Positions 19,926-30,700 of a DNA stretch of 64,000 bases are shown here, piece by piece. The translations under genes and the position numbers were made by a program. The stretch's first letter is position 1, and each line of letters opens with the position of its first letter. This DNA is from a virus. The stretch lies in the IMG/VR virus record IMGVR_UViG_3300025115_000003, positions 21,694 to 85,693 of that record; one strand, 5' to 3'. The notes below the pieces were generated by a model. It worked only from the letters and a program-made list of their open reading frames with translations. It ran no database searches and was not told the DNA's origin.

Positions 19926-20194
19926 GTAAAAAAATAACTTATCATAAATCACATAGTTTCAAAGATACAGAAGGAGTTAGTCATTCTTTTTTAACAGAAC
20001 TCTATAAAATAGGAGTATATGGAATATTAGATGGTGATCCATCAATGCAGGGAGGATATAGTCCAACTCAAATAGTTAAAATAGAAAAAGGACTATCTAA
20101 ATTGGCAAAAAAAGGAAAAATAACAGACTTACAGTTTGGAAACCCTATAACAGTTCAAAAGATAGATGGGTTATGGAAAGAGATAAAGGTATAA
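19922..20194 (+). CDS. hypothetical protein (90 aa)
   Basis: ATGA-coupled ORF. Confidence 0.7.
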   Translation: MSKKITYHKSHSFKDTEGVSHSFLTELYKIGVYGILDGDPSMQGGYSPTQIVKIEKGLSKLAKKGKITDLQFGNPITVQKIDGLWKEIKV

Positions 20195-20248
20195 AACATA
20201 GCACTTTTTCATTTTCCTATAACACGATTAAAAATAATAATAAATAAT

Positions 20249-20566
20249 ATGAAACCTAAAATTGAATTAGAACCAAATGAAGTTTTTGATTTTTTAGAAA
20301 AAGAATTAAAAATAAGAATAATAAGTAGAAAAACTACAGGGGGATATTTTAGAGGAGCATTAAGTAGAAAGAGTGCTATTAAAAAATTAGAAAGATATTT
20401 ACAAGAAGATAAGATTTTAGCTAAATATTCTAATAAGGATGTTAATTTTATGATAATTGATACTAAACTTGAAAAACCTCATAGGTGGATAGATTTTTGG
20501 GTAAAAGAAAGTTTATTTACAATAACTTACACACAAACCAATGAAAATCGTCTCCCCAAGCAATGA
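20249..20566 (+). CDS. hypothetical protein (105 aa)
   Basis: ORF with A-rich leader. Confidence 0.7.
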   Translation: MKPKIELEPNEVFDFLEKELKIRIISRKTTGGYFRGALSRKSAIKKLERYLQEDKILAKYSNKDVNFMIIDTKLEKPHRWIDFWVKESLFTITYTQTNENRLPKQ

Positions 20567-20762
20567 ATTATTAGCTTCTATTTCTGAAAATAATAGAATA
20601 TCTTTTCATACAGATTTTGATATAAATTTAAAATTATTTATTAAAGAATGTATGAAAGTTAAAAATGAATCAGAAACAGAAGCTGTTTTTATTTATAAAT
20701 TTAATAATATATCTAATGGAAGAAGTAAAAGACAAACATCAAAAAACAGGAGCAATTCTTAG
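20541..20762 (+). CDS. hypothetical protein (73 aa)
   Basis: Overlapping packed ORF. Confidence 0.55.
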   Translation: MKIVSPSNELLASISENNRISFHTDFDINLKLFIKECMKVKNESETEAVFIYKFNNISNGRSKRQTSKNRSNS

Positions 20763-20985
20763 AGAAGATACTTATGATTTAAAATCTGAATCGAGAAGAG
20801 CATTAGCTAAAATTAAAACAGCTATGTCTAAACGAAAAGATATTAAAATATATAAAGTAGGTGAAATAAGAATTGAAACTACTTTTAGTATAGATGAATC
20901 CCCAGTATTAAAATTTTTAAAAGATACTTATGGACAAGAGCCAATCGAAATCACTGAAAGCAGAGTTGAAGAGGCTGAGGAATGA
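20716..20985 (+). CDS. hypothetical protein (start likely MEEVKD)
   Basis: Overlapping packed ORF. Confidence 0.6.
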   Translation: MEEVKDKHQKTGAILREDTYDLKSESRRALAKIKTAMSKRKDIKIYKVGEIRIETTFSIDESPVLKFLKDTYGQEPIEITESRVEEAEE

Positions 20986-21292
20986 ATTAGAATTAGCCAA
21001 AGAACTTCAAAAGAAATATAATAAACTAATTAACGAAACAAAAGATAAAATAAAAGAAATAGAAATATTATTGAATCCACCTGAAATAGAATTTACAGAT
21101 CATGGTTTAGTCAGGTATGTGAGTAGAATCTGTAAAATTAATCTTAAAATTTATGAAATAAAATTCATAGAAAAATATAAGGATACTATATATAGTCAAG
21201 GAGGAACTTGTACTATACTACATGATAACCTTAAAGTAGTAATAAGAGATTTTAAAATAATAACCGTAATTGATGTAAAAAATGAGTCATAA
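20930..21292 (+). CDS. coiled coil plus small RelE/BECR-like domain protein
   Basis: FTDHGLVRY...VVIRDFKIITV resembles the HA..R..ER...ITV phage RNase-like fold. Confidence 0.55.
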   Translation: MDKSQSKSLKAELKRLRNELELAKELQKKYNKLINETKDKIKEIEILLNPPEIEFTDHGLVRYVSRICKINLKIYEIKFIEKYKDTIYSQGGTCTILHDNLKVVIRDFKIITVIDVKNES

Positions 21293-22313
21293 TCTTAATT
21301 ATAATTCAAAAGCTGGTCGTCATGCTTTTGCATCAGCAAAAGAAATAGCATGGCATAAACTGGGTAAAGTAGTATCTGATAGAATGACTTCTACTGAATG
21401 TATAGAAGAAGCATTATTAGATTACGAAGTTGGAAAAGGTAAACTTTATGTTAAATATGAAGAACCTATTCAAAAGAATGATAAAACCATAGTAGGAGGA
21501 CAATTAGAAGATAAATTTGCTACATATAGAAAAGATACTGGAGATACATTTAGTATTGTAGGTAGTCAATATGAAGTAATACAAAACATTGAAGCATTTG
21601 ATTTCTTTGATGAAATAGTTGGAGAAAGAAGAGCAATTTATGAAACTGCTGGAGCATTAGGTAAAGGAGAAACAGTATTTATTACTGCTAAGTTACCTGA
21701 TCATATACTTATTGCAGGTAAAGATACCATAGATAAATATTTATTGTTTACAATGAGTCATGATGGAACAGGTAGTATTATAGCTAAATTTACTCCAATT
21801 AGAGTAGTATGTAATAATACTCTAAGTACGGCTATAGAAGGAGGAAATAATATATTTAGAGTTAAACATACAAAAAATGCAAGAAATAAATTAGAAGAAG
21901 CTCAAAAGCTATTAGCGATTACTTATAAATCATCTAAAGAAACTCAAGAGTTATATGAATATTTAACTAAAATTAAAATTACAGATGAAGTAAAAGCAGA
22001 AATATTTTTAAATATATTTCTTACTAAAGAAGAATTGACTAATTTAGGAAAAAGTAATTGGGTTACAAGTCCTGACTTATCAACAAGAAAGAAAAACCAA
22101 CTACAATCTTTATTTAAATATTCTGAAATAGGAGTAGGACAAGATATGGATATTTGTAAAGGTACAGCTTATGGAGTATTTAATTCTATAACTGGATATA
22201 TTCAAAATGTTAAATCTTTTACTTCAGAAGAAAAGAAGTTTAGTAGTATCTTTTTAGGAACAGATGGTACTTTATTAGATAAAAGTTTAAACTTAATTTT
22301 AAATTATCAGTAA
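21282..22313 (+). CDS. DUF932 family phage/plasmid protein
   Basis: AWHKLG, YEVIQNIEAF, YETAGAL, SHDG, TPIRVVCNNTL, HT. Confidence 0.88.
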   Translation: MSHNLNYNSKAGRHAFASAKEIAWHKLGKVVSDRMTSTECIEEALLDYEVGKGKLYVKYEEPIQKNDKTIVGGQLEDKFATYRKDTGDTFSIVGSQYEVIQNIEAFDFFDEIVGERRAIYETAGALGKGETVFITAKLPDHILIAGKDTIDKYLLFTMSHDGTGSIIAKFTPIRVVCNNTLSTAIEGGNNIFRVKHTKNARNKLEEAQKLLAITYKSSKETQELYEYLTKIKITDEVKAEIFLNIFLTKEELTNLGKSNWVTSPDLSTRKKNQLQSLFKYSEIGVGQDMDICKGTAYGVFNSITGYIQNVKSFTSEEKKFSSIFLGTDGTLLDKSLNLILNYQ

Positions 22314-22316
22314 TTT

Positions 22317-22760
22317 ATGGAAAAAGTATTAGTAGAAATTATTAATCAAAGTGCAAATGCAAATCCAAGTTATGAATCTGAATTTGCATCTGGAATGGAT
22401 GTTAGAGCAAAGTTAGTAGAACCTATTCGATTACAACCAAGTGAAAGGATTATGCTTAAAACTGGAATATATGTAGCTATTCCCGAAGGTTATGAAATTC
22501 AAGTTAGACCAAGAAGTGGTTTAGCTCATAAACATGGTATTATGGTAGTTAACAGTCCGGGTACTATAGATGCAGATTATAGAGGAGAATGTAATGTTCT
22601 GTTAATTAATACATCTAATATTCCATTTGTTATTAATCCTGGTGATAGGATAGCACAATTTGTATTATGTCCTGTAGCTAAAGTTCAATGGGTAAATGTA
22701 GAAACTCTATCAGAAACTAAAAGGGGAGATGGAGGATTTGGAAGTAGTGGAACTAAATAA
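22317..22760 (+). CDS. dut: dUTPase (trimeric)
   Basis: SGMD, RPRSG, PGTIDADYRGE, GDRIAQ, RGDGGFGSSG. Confidence 0.97.
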   Translation: MEKVLVEIINQSANANPSYESEFASGMDVRAKLVEPIRLQPSERIMLKTGIYVAIPEGYEIQVRPRSGLAHKHGIMVVNSPGTIDADYRGECNVLLINTSNIPFVINPGDRIAQFVLCPVAKVQWVNVETLSETKRGDGGFGSSGTK

Positions 22761-22767
22761 AAATAAC

Positions 22768-22796
22768 AGGGTGAGTAGCAATACTCACCCTATTTA
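22768..22796 (+). terminator. GNRA-capped hairpin / terminator
   Basis: AGGGTGAGTA-GCAA-TACTCACCCT followed by ATTT. Confidence 0.65.
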
Positions 22797-22807
22797 AAAC
22801 TTTTAAT

Positions 22808-22990
22808 ATGGCAAAATTAATTGATAGTTTAAATAATATTATAGCTTCTGGAACTGAAGAATATGTATCTGAACTACATAGAGTTCTATTAGCTGATCCT
22901 GAAGATATATCTGAAGAAGATGAAGTAAGATTTGAAACAGAACTTAGGACTTTAAGTTGGGCTGGAAATTTAATTGTAATAGCAGATTAA
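22808..22990 (+). CDS. small acidic hypothetical protein (60 aa)
   Basis: ORF with good leader. Confidence 0.65.
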   Translation: MAKLIDSLNNIIASGTEEYVSELHRVLLADPEDISEEDEVRFETELRTLSWAGNLIVIAD

Positions 22991-22993
22991 GTT

Positions 22994-24100
22994 ATGAAAA
23001 CAGTATGTATATATCATTCGATAGACCTTGATGGTTGGATGTCAGCAGCAATAGTTAAACATTGGTGGAAAACCAATAATAATGATAAAATAGAACCTTT
23101 AAAATTTAAAGATGAAGAAAAAGATACTTTAATATCTGTTAATAATACTCTTGATTTCATTGGTTATAATTATGGACAACCTATTCCTGATTTATCAGAA
23201 TATGATAAAGTTATAATGTGTGATATTTCTTTTCCTAAAGAAGAAATGCTTAATTTATTTAATAGATTAGATGATAACTTTATTTGGAATGATCATCATA
23301 TTTCTGCTATAAAAGATTGTAAAGGTTATGTTTGTCCTTTGGGAAGACAACTTACTAATTATGCAGCTTGTGAACTTACTTGGCAATATTTCTTTCCTAA
23401 TGAGCCAATGCCTGAAATAGTAAGATTACTTGGTAGATATGATTGTTTTGGTCATAAGACAAAAAGATTTGATTTTGATATTAATGGTTATAATAAAGCC
23501 AAAGAGTACCTTATAGAAATTAATAAGTTGCAAGAATTTGAGAATAATAATACTTCTACCGATGGATTTAGTTTAGTTCATTATGCTAATGATGTTGCTT
23601 TAAAATTAAGTGAAGAACAAAAAGTATTAGAGTTTCAATATGGTGCAAGACAACTTATTGATAACTATGAAAAAGCCTATAAATGGTTAGTCGAATCACT
23701 AAAACCTACATCAGGTATTGTAGAAGATATTCAATACAACGGAGCTTCTATTTATCAATATCTTTATACAGACGCTAAACAAACTTATAAGAATGGATTT
23801 GAAATTAACTTTACATACGTACCTGTTATAAATGCGGGAGCAGTTGTTAAAAATTTTATTTGCATTAATAGAGAACGTTTTAACCCTATTAACTTTGGTA
23901 TTAATTATCATGCTGATGGTTATGATGGTTGTGCTTGTTTTCATTATGATGGGGTAGCTAAACTTTGGAGATTTAGTTTGTATAACGATAATGGTACTGT
24001 TGATTGTAGTATTATAGCTAAACAATTTGGTGGAGGTGGTCACAAAGGTGCGACAGGATTTACAGTAAATATGTATAATTTTTTAGAAATAATAAAATGA
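22994..24100 (+). CDS. DHH/DHHA1 family phosphoesterase
   Basis: YHSIDLDG, CD, DHH, GGGGH. Confidence 0.9.
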   Translation: MKTVCIYHSIDLDGWMSAAIVKHWWKTNNNDKIEPLKFKDEEKDTLISVNNTLDFIGYNYGQPIPDLSEYDKVIMCDISFPKEEMLNLFNRLDDNFIWNDHHISAIKDCKGYVCPLGRQLTNYAACELTWQYFFPNEPMPEIVRLLGRYDCFGHKTKRFDFDINGYNKAKEYLIEINKLQEFENNNTSTDGFSLVHYANDVALKLSEEQKVLEFQYGARQLIDNYEKAYKWLVESLKPTSGIVEDIQYNGASIYQYLYTDAKQTYKNGFEINFTYVPVINAGAVVKNFICINRERFNPINFGINYHADGYDGCACFHYDGVAKLWRFSLYNDNGTVDCSIIAKQFGGGGHKGATGFTVNMYNFLEIIK

Positions 24101-24390
24101 ATGAAGTAAAAGAATTAGGTAGTAAATATTCAGCTTGGGGAATATGTGTTGGTAATTTATGGGGAGGAGGACAAGGTTCTTTTCTGACAAGACATTACCA
24201 CAATGATGATTTAGAAACAATGAAAAAAGAAATACAAAAAGATTTAAGGTCTGGAACAATAGATTCTGGAATGGGATTTGAGAGTATGATTAGAGCAACA
24301 ATGGTAATACAAAAAGTAACTTCTATAAAATATAAAGAGGAAATATTTAAAAGTTTTGTTGAAGTAGAAGAACTATTTGAAAATAATTAA
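24097..24390 (+). CDS. hypothetical protein (97 aa)
   Basis: GNLWGGG...DSGMGFES, a conserved-looking motif. Confidence 0.75.
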   Translation: MNEVKELGSKYSAWGICVGNLWGGGQGSFLTRHYHNDDLETMKKEIQKDLRSGTIDSGMGFESMIRATMVIQKVTSIKYKEEIFKSFVEVEELFENN

Positions 24391-24393
24391 AAT

Positions 24394-24433
24394 AAAGGGA
24401 ATTAGACTGATAAAACAGTTTAGTTCCCTTTTT
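24394..24433 (+). terminator. Rho-independent terminator of the + strand operon
   Basis: AAAGGGAATTAGACTG-ATAAAA-CAGTTTAGTTCCCTTT followed by further Ts. Confidence 0.85.
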
Positions 24434-24446
24434 AATTTACGGTAAC

Positions 24447-24555
24447 AAACCCATAGGATAAGGATGCATGATCGGGAATGGAGTTATTGTAACAGATTGT
24501 AATTAGATACCAGATGAGGATTCCCATTTGATATATCTTCTTATCCTATGGGTTT
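24447..24555. repeat. 109-bp element bounded by perfect 16-bp inverted repeats (AAACCCATAGGATAAG/CTTATCCTATGGGTTT)
   Basis: Read directly; inner GGGAAT/ATTCCC pairing extends the stem. Confidence 0.85.
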
Positions 24556-24685
24556 AGCTTCATTCTAACAATAGCAAATTATCAAATATATCCCAATATT
24601 AAATATTTTTAATATGCTCCCAGATTCAAGCTAATAAGCCATACAGCTAAAATTTAAGCCTTTTATAATATACCGACAAGTGTAA

Positions 24686-24727
24686 ATAAAAAAAGAGTAG
24701 GATTAAATCTTCCTACTCTTTTTATTT
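24686..24727 (-). terminator. bidirectional terminator closing the - strand virion operon
   Basis: A-tract-GAGTAGGA-N8-TCCTACTC-T-tract. Confidence 0.85.
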
Positions 24728-24744
24728 AATTTAAGTATTAATAT

Positions 24745-27700
24745 CTATTCATCATCTTCATCCAGGACATTTTCAATTACATTTGTAATTATAGTATTTT
24801 GTCTAACAGAGGTTGTTCCTAAGTAATTTAATTTAGGTAATTGATTAGTAAAAGGAAATACTTTAGCCCATTTTACATAAGGGGGTTGTCCTCTATATTC
24901 ATCATCTGTTATGTATCTTATAGTTCCATGCATAGCAAATAATAAGTCAGATATAGATTTAGTTATAGGTACAGGGTCTTTTAATACATTGTAGGCAGTC
25001 ATAGGACTCATATAAAAATATATATCTTGTTCAGCCCTATATATTTGATTAGCTAATAACATAGCTGTATAATCATATAAGTTCTTTTTATCATCGTCTT
25101 CTTCAATTGAAGATTTAAGTAATGTTGTTAATAATAATAGATTAGCAGCCATTGTTATTTCAGCTAAATTTTTACGCATATTTTCTTTATCTACATCAGA
25201 TAATCCATCAAACGCATTCTTTTTGTAACTTAATTGTTTAAGTAGTGTAACAATTGATTTACTAAAACCTAAGTCTGAATAAGTAACCCATCTACCTTTA
25301 ATTCTTCTGTCTAATTGAGGATCGTATCTTTCTGCATAAAATCTACTTACTACACCCATAGGAATCCAACTTCTAAATTGGAATAACATTCTGCCTATTA
25401 GTACTTTCTTTGCTTGTAAAGGACTGGATGGATCATAATTACCATGTAAATATTTATTCATTTGAATAATCTTAGCCCTTAATTTAGTAAACTCATTCTT
25501 TTCATCTGCCTTTATGTTTTCATCATTCCATTTTATTGCATCTTCTTCTGTAAATTTAGATTTATCTATTTTTCCTTGATCGTTAAATAAATCCCATACA
25601 CTCATTTCACCTTGTTTAGTATATACTTTTTGTTTTAATGCTGTAGCAATAGCACTTACTCCTTGTACAAAATATTCAGTTTTATTTTGAATTATATATG
25701 GGTCAAGATTACGTAAAGGTCTTGTTCGAGATTCAGAACTTTCTGCATCATATCTAATATCTACTGTTTCAAATAGTACATCTAAATTAGATAAATAATT
25801 AAATACTTTGTTATTAGTAGGATTTTGACCTAAACTTTTAAGCATTATTCCAAGTGCTTGAAGTAGTTGTTTATTTCCATATTCTTTATCTCCGTTAGCA
25901 TGAACAATGTTAGATACCATACCAAAGGATATGTTAGCAATACCAGCAGCTAAGTTAAGACCCATACCTTTTAATTGGGTAAGTTTCATTAACATTTCAC
26001 CTAAATTTTGATATACTAAACTTTTACCTCCTAATTCTTTATATCGTTCGGATAAGTATTTCATTTTCTGTTCATATACAGCCTTTGATCGAGTTTTAAT
26101 ATGAGATTCAGCCATAGAAATGTTAAGTTCAGAGTTATCATCTGTATATTCCATAGCTACTTCTCCTTCATAATCATATACAGTTACACTACCATCTTCA
26201 TTAGCTTCATATCTAAACAACTCATTATCTTCAAGTCGTCTCTCTAATTCATCTCGCATCATTTCAATTTCTCTGGCTAATTGATATTTTTTAAGTCTAT
26301 CTTTATGAGTAGAACCCATGAACTTTTCTATTTCTGCAACTACTTCATCGTAATTTTCATAGTTTTTTAAACTACTATCAAAACCAAATATTTTTTTATC
26401 GCTTGGTTTACCTTTATTAACTCTTTCTCCGTACATTATAGCGTCTATTGTAAATCGAGCCCACTGTTTAGTTTTAAGTCCTTCTTTCTCTAATCTAATT
26501 TCTTTACCGTCTATGTTTAATTGAGGTTTACCTGACTTTCTATTTTCTTCTATTTCGGCAGCTTTTTCTAATACAGAATATAATACCTCAACTTTATCTC
26601 TTACTTGGTTCTTATAGTCATAATTAATAGCTACATCCATGAACAAAATAAGCATCTTCTCTAAGTCCATAGTACGATCTTCTATTGGTACAGGACTAAT
26701 ATATTTAAGTGGAATATTCTTTTCTAATTCTCCTGTTAATTTACGAGAAGAATATTTTCTTTCTTGAGTTGCATTTAATTCAGCTATTTCTTTTGTAGTA
26801 AAACTATCTAACATTTTATTGCCAATTAACTCTACTTTTTGTCCAATTGTAGCACCTGTTAACTCTTCAATTAAAGATTTATGTACATTTGCCAAAAAGT
26901 TATAAGGTAGGTCTGCTCTTACTTGATCGGGAAGCATCTTCATACCTGATGCCATCATAGATTTATATAAGGTAAAAAATGTATGTAAAGTTTTATCTTT
27001 AATTACTGTTTCAAACTTAGAGTCAAAATATCCAGTATCTTTATTAGTCCCTTGTTCTATTTTACGAGGAAATCTTTTAATCCATCTATTATTAGGATAA
27101 TTACCTATTTCTCTAAAGTTTGAATCTTTAAATGCTACATTGATAGCTACAATTGGATCATTTTCACCATACCAATCGGCTTTAGCAGAATCTTTATTTG
27201 TAATAGTAGTATCTAAATCTATTTGTTCATATACATTAGCTTTTTCTTCCACATATCTTTGGTATCTTTCTTTAGCTTCTTCGATAAATTCATCTGCTAA
27301 TTCCTCACCCCATTCTTTAGCTAAGTATGCTCTGTATTCTCTTTCATTCCTATATTTATATTTATCAGGATTATCTGGTTTTTTAATATTAGATACATTT
27401 AAAAATCTTAAATCAATTACAATTGTTTTTGCATGATGGGCATCTACAATTTTAGCAATTTTATCTTTTTTCTGTTCAGCACTTAATCCTATATCGTTTC
27501 TTATTTTATTTAGTTGCATTTTATATTGATTCTCTTCTGTTACCCATTTATCAGAAAACCTATCAATAAATCCTCCTGTATATTTAACTTTCATTTGGGC
27601 TTTAAGTATATCTATTTGGGTAAGAGTAGTTTCTTTATTTTCTCCATATGGATATTTATCCCTTTTAATCTGTGATTCTAACTTTTCAATTCTTTCTTTT

Positions 27701-30700
27701 AATGAAACTAAGTCATAAGTTTGCCAAAATAAATCATAATCTTTACCCACTTTAGCAAAAGCGGCTTTATCTTCTCTAAGTGCTTTGAAGAATTTGGTAA
27801 TAGTATCTAATATGTTTCTCTTTGTAGTTATTTGATTATTTTGAGAAAGTTTAACTGCATCATCAATAGCCATTACTATCTTATTATTAGACATGGAAGT
27901 ATCTAAAGTTAAAGTAGTTATTTGACCTTGATCTTTTATATCGGTTAAATCTTTTCGAGTAACTTCTAATTTAGGTAATTGTTCGTTTATAACATCTTTT
28001 GCATAATCTAAAGATATATTATAATGTTTATTACTTAATAAATCTGCTTTATTTCCTAATTGTTGATATATAGTTACAGATACAGAATTAGGATTATCTA
28101 ATTCTTCTTGTGGTATTAAAGCACGAGTGAATTTAAATTGCCACATTTCAATTAAGTTACCTGCTAATCTTAACTCAGCAGGATTAATAGTAGGAGAATC
28201 CAAAAGATTTGCTACATATGTTAATTGTCTATTAGCAATTTCTTTAATAGATTCTATACTTCTATTTTCAACTAATGCTTGTCTGTCTTTGTACAATTCG
28301 TTAATTCTGTTCCAAATATTAATTTTATGTGCCGTAGGAGTATTTTTAGTTAATCCTGCTCTTAAGGTAGATATTCTATTATTTATAGCTAATCTTAATT
28401 TAGTAATAACAGGGTCTTCTTCAGTTGGAGTATCTTCTAAACTGTATGAGTCATTGTATAAATCATCATTGCTTTCTAAATGATTTATATATTCAGCTAC
28501 AACTTTTTCATCTACTGTAACTTGATTATTTTCAGTTTTAAATACAGGAAAATTAGTATAATATTGATGATTAAATTTTGCTGTATTTTCAGGAGTTATA
28601 TTATTTGTATTTAATATAATATTAGCTTTAGAAATTTCTGTAGATATAGGATCAATTATTTTTGATTCTGAATTAGCAAATTCTGTTACTTGATTATGAA
28701 TGTCTGAATCATCAAGAGGTAAATTAAAATTAGAAGGTAATTTTTGAAAAATTAAATCATCTGCTCCAAAGTTATCATACGCTTGTGTAGAATAAGAATT
28801 ACTTATACGTTTAACCTCACTTCTAATTAAACTTCTTGGGTACTTCTTAGCTACTTCTTTAAGTTTAGCTATTTTAATGTTTGTAATAGCTTGGTGTGTA
28901 TATTCTTTATTTAACCTATGTTCATTCTTTTGAGATATAATTTCTTCAATTATATAAGGTTCATTTATATCAAAAAAGTCATCGCTTTTAGCTATTTCTA
29001 AAGCTTCTTCCATAGTATCCCCAAAAGAATAAGAAGCATTACCTTGTTTTACAAAATATTCTTTTTGGTTTTCATCAAATAATGTTCTAAGTGCTACTTT
29101 ATGAATACTTTCTTTTAAAGTTTTATCAGTTTGAGTTGGTTGAATGCCATCATATCCTTCTAAAAAATATGAATCTTGGATAGTATAAGAATTTTCATCT
29201 CTATTCCACTTAGAAGCATGAAGTTTTACAAATGCTTTGGCTTTTTCTAACGTATCCTTGCGCATTTGTTCTACACCATTATATATAACAGAATAAGCCT
29301 TCCTTCTTTTTTCTTTAGATTCTTTAACTTCAGGTTTATTTAACTTACCATATTTTTGATCAAGTATAGAATTAATACTATCAATAATCTTTTTAGTAGA
29401 GGAAGGTATATCATTATCATATTCTAATCTAAAATTACTACCTGTAAGAGATATACCTAATTCATTATGATGACCTTCTAAATTATCTATAATAGATGCA
29501 AGGTTAGGTTGTACACTATGTATATTATGCATTCCTGGATATTTGGTATAACTAACTCCAAGTAATTCAGATTTTTTATCTTTACTTACTTTTTTAGAAG
29601 CATCCCATACACTACCACTAAATACATCAGTATCAGCCGCCCATTTAATATCTTCAGATTTAGGATAAATTTTAAATTTAATTTTACCTCCGCCACCTTC
29701 CATGTGTGGAATAATTCTATCAATAGGTTTAGTAAATGCAGATATAGTAAATTCCCCACCAGCTTTTTGATTATCTTCTATGTGTTGCAATAGATTTTGC
29801 ATCATGAGATTTACATCAAAATCACTATAAGCTCCTACAACAGATATAAATTCTTGACCTCTACTATAAACTTCTTCTGGATTATATTGAATGTTATTTA
29901 CTTTTTTCCATTCTTCTATAATTTCTTTAGATTGTTCATATTCTTTATTTTTTTCTATAAACTCCTTAATAAATACAGTAGTGTTTTTAAAATACCCAGC
30001 ATAAGAATCAACGTATTCTATATTACCTATATTTTTTTTGTGGATATAGTTATCTCCATCCCGTACTACAATTATTGGAGCATTGATGCTATCATATTCG
30101 TCTTTAGATGAAGGTTCTCTTAATCTATTATCATTTTGATCAACTTGTTTTAAGATATCTAAATTCATATTACTCAAATCAACATCTTCAACACTTTTAG
30201 CTAAATTACTAATATGTTTACTTGCTTCTGCATAAGTTTTAAATTGTTGATTATCTGGTGTAGTATATACTACTTCATTTCCTGGTAATATAAGTTTAGA
30301 ATTACTATAAGCTAATAAATCAGCAATATCACCTAATGTCATATTATCAGGTAAGTTATCTATCTCTACTTCTTTTTGACCTAAAAGCTGTTTTACAAAA
30401 GCTTTCATTTCTTTAAGAAGTCTTTTAAGTAAAGATATTAATTTACCATCCTTAACTTTATCTAATCTATTAGCAGTATATAATCCAAGTAATTCTACAA
30501 TAGCTTCTTCTTTATTATTTTCTTTATGTTGCTCTAAATAACTATCATATTCTTCTTGTGAATAAAAATCAGGAAATGAAACATTTTCATCTTTACTGTA
30601 TGTAGAACTATTTATATCTTTTGGTAAATATGTTTTATTAATCCTATCTAATACCTCTTTACCTTTACCATATTCAAGTTCTTTGAGTAAGTTTTGGTAT

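Noticed and set aside
24391-24744. Prophage attachment site or integrase-linked boundary
   Set aside because: No integrase and no host genes; the whole window is phage-like.
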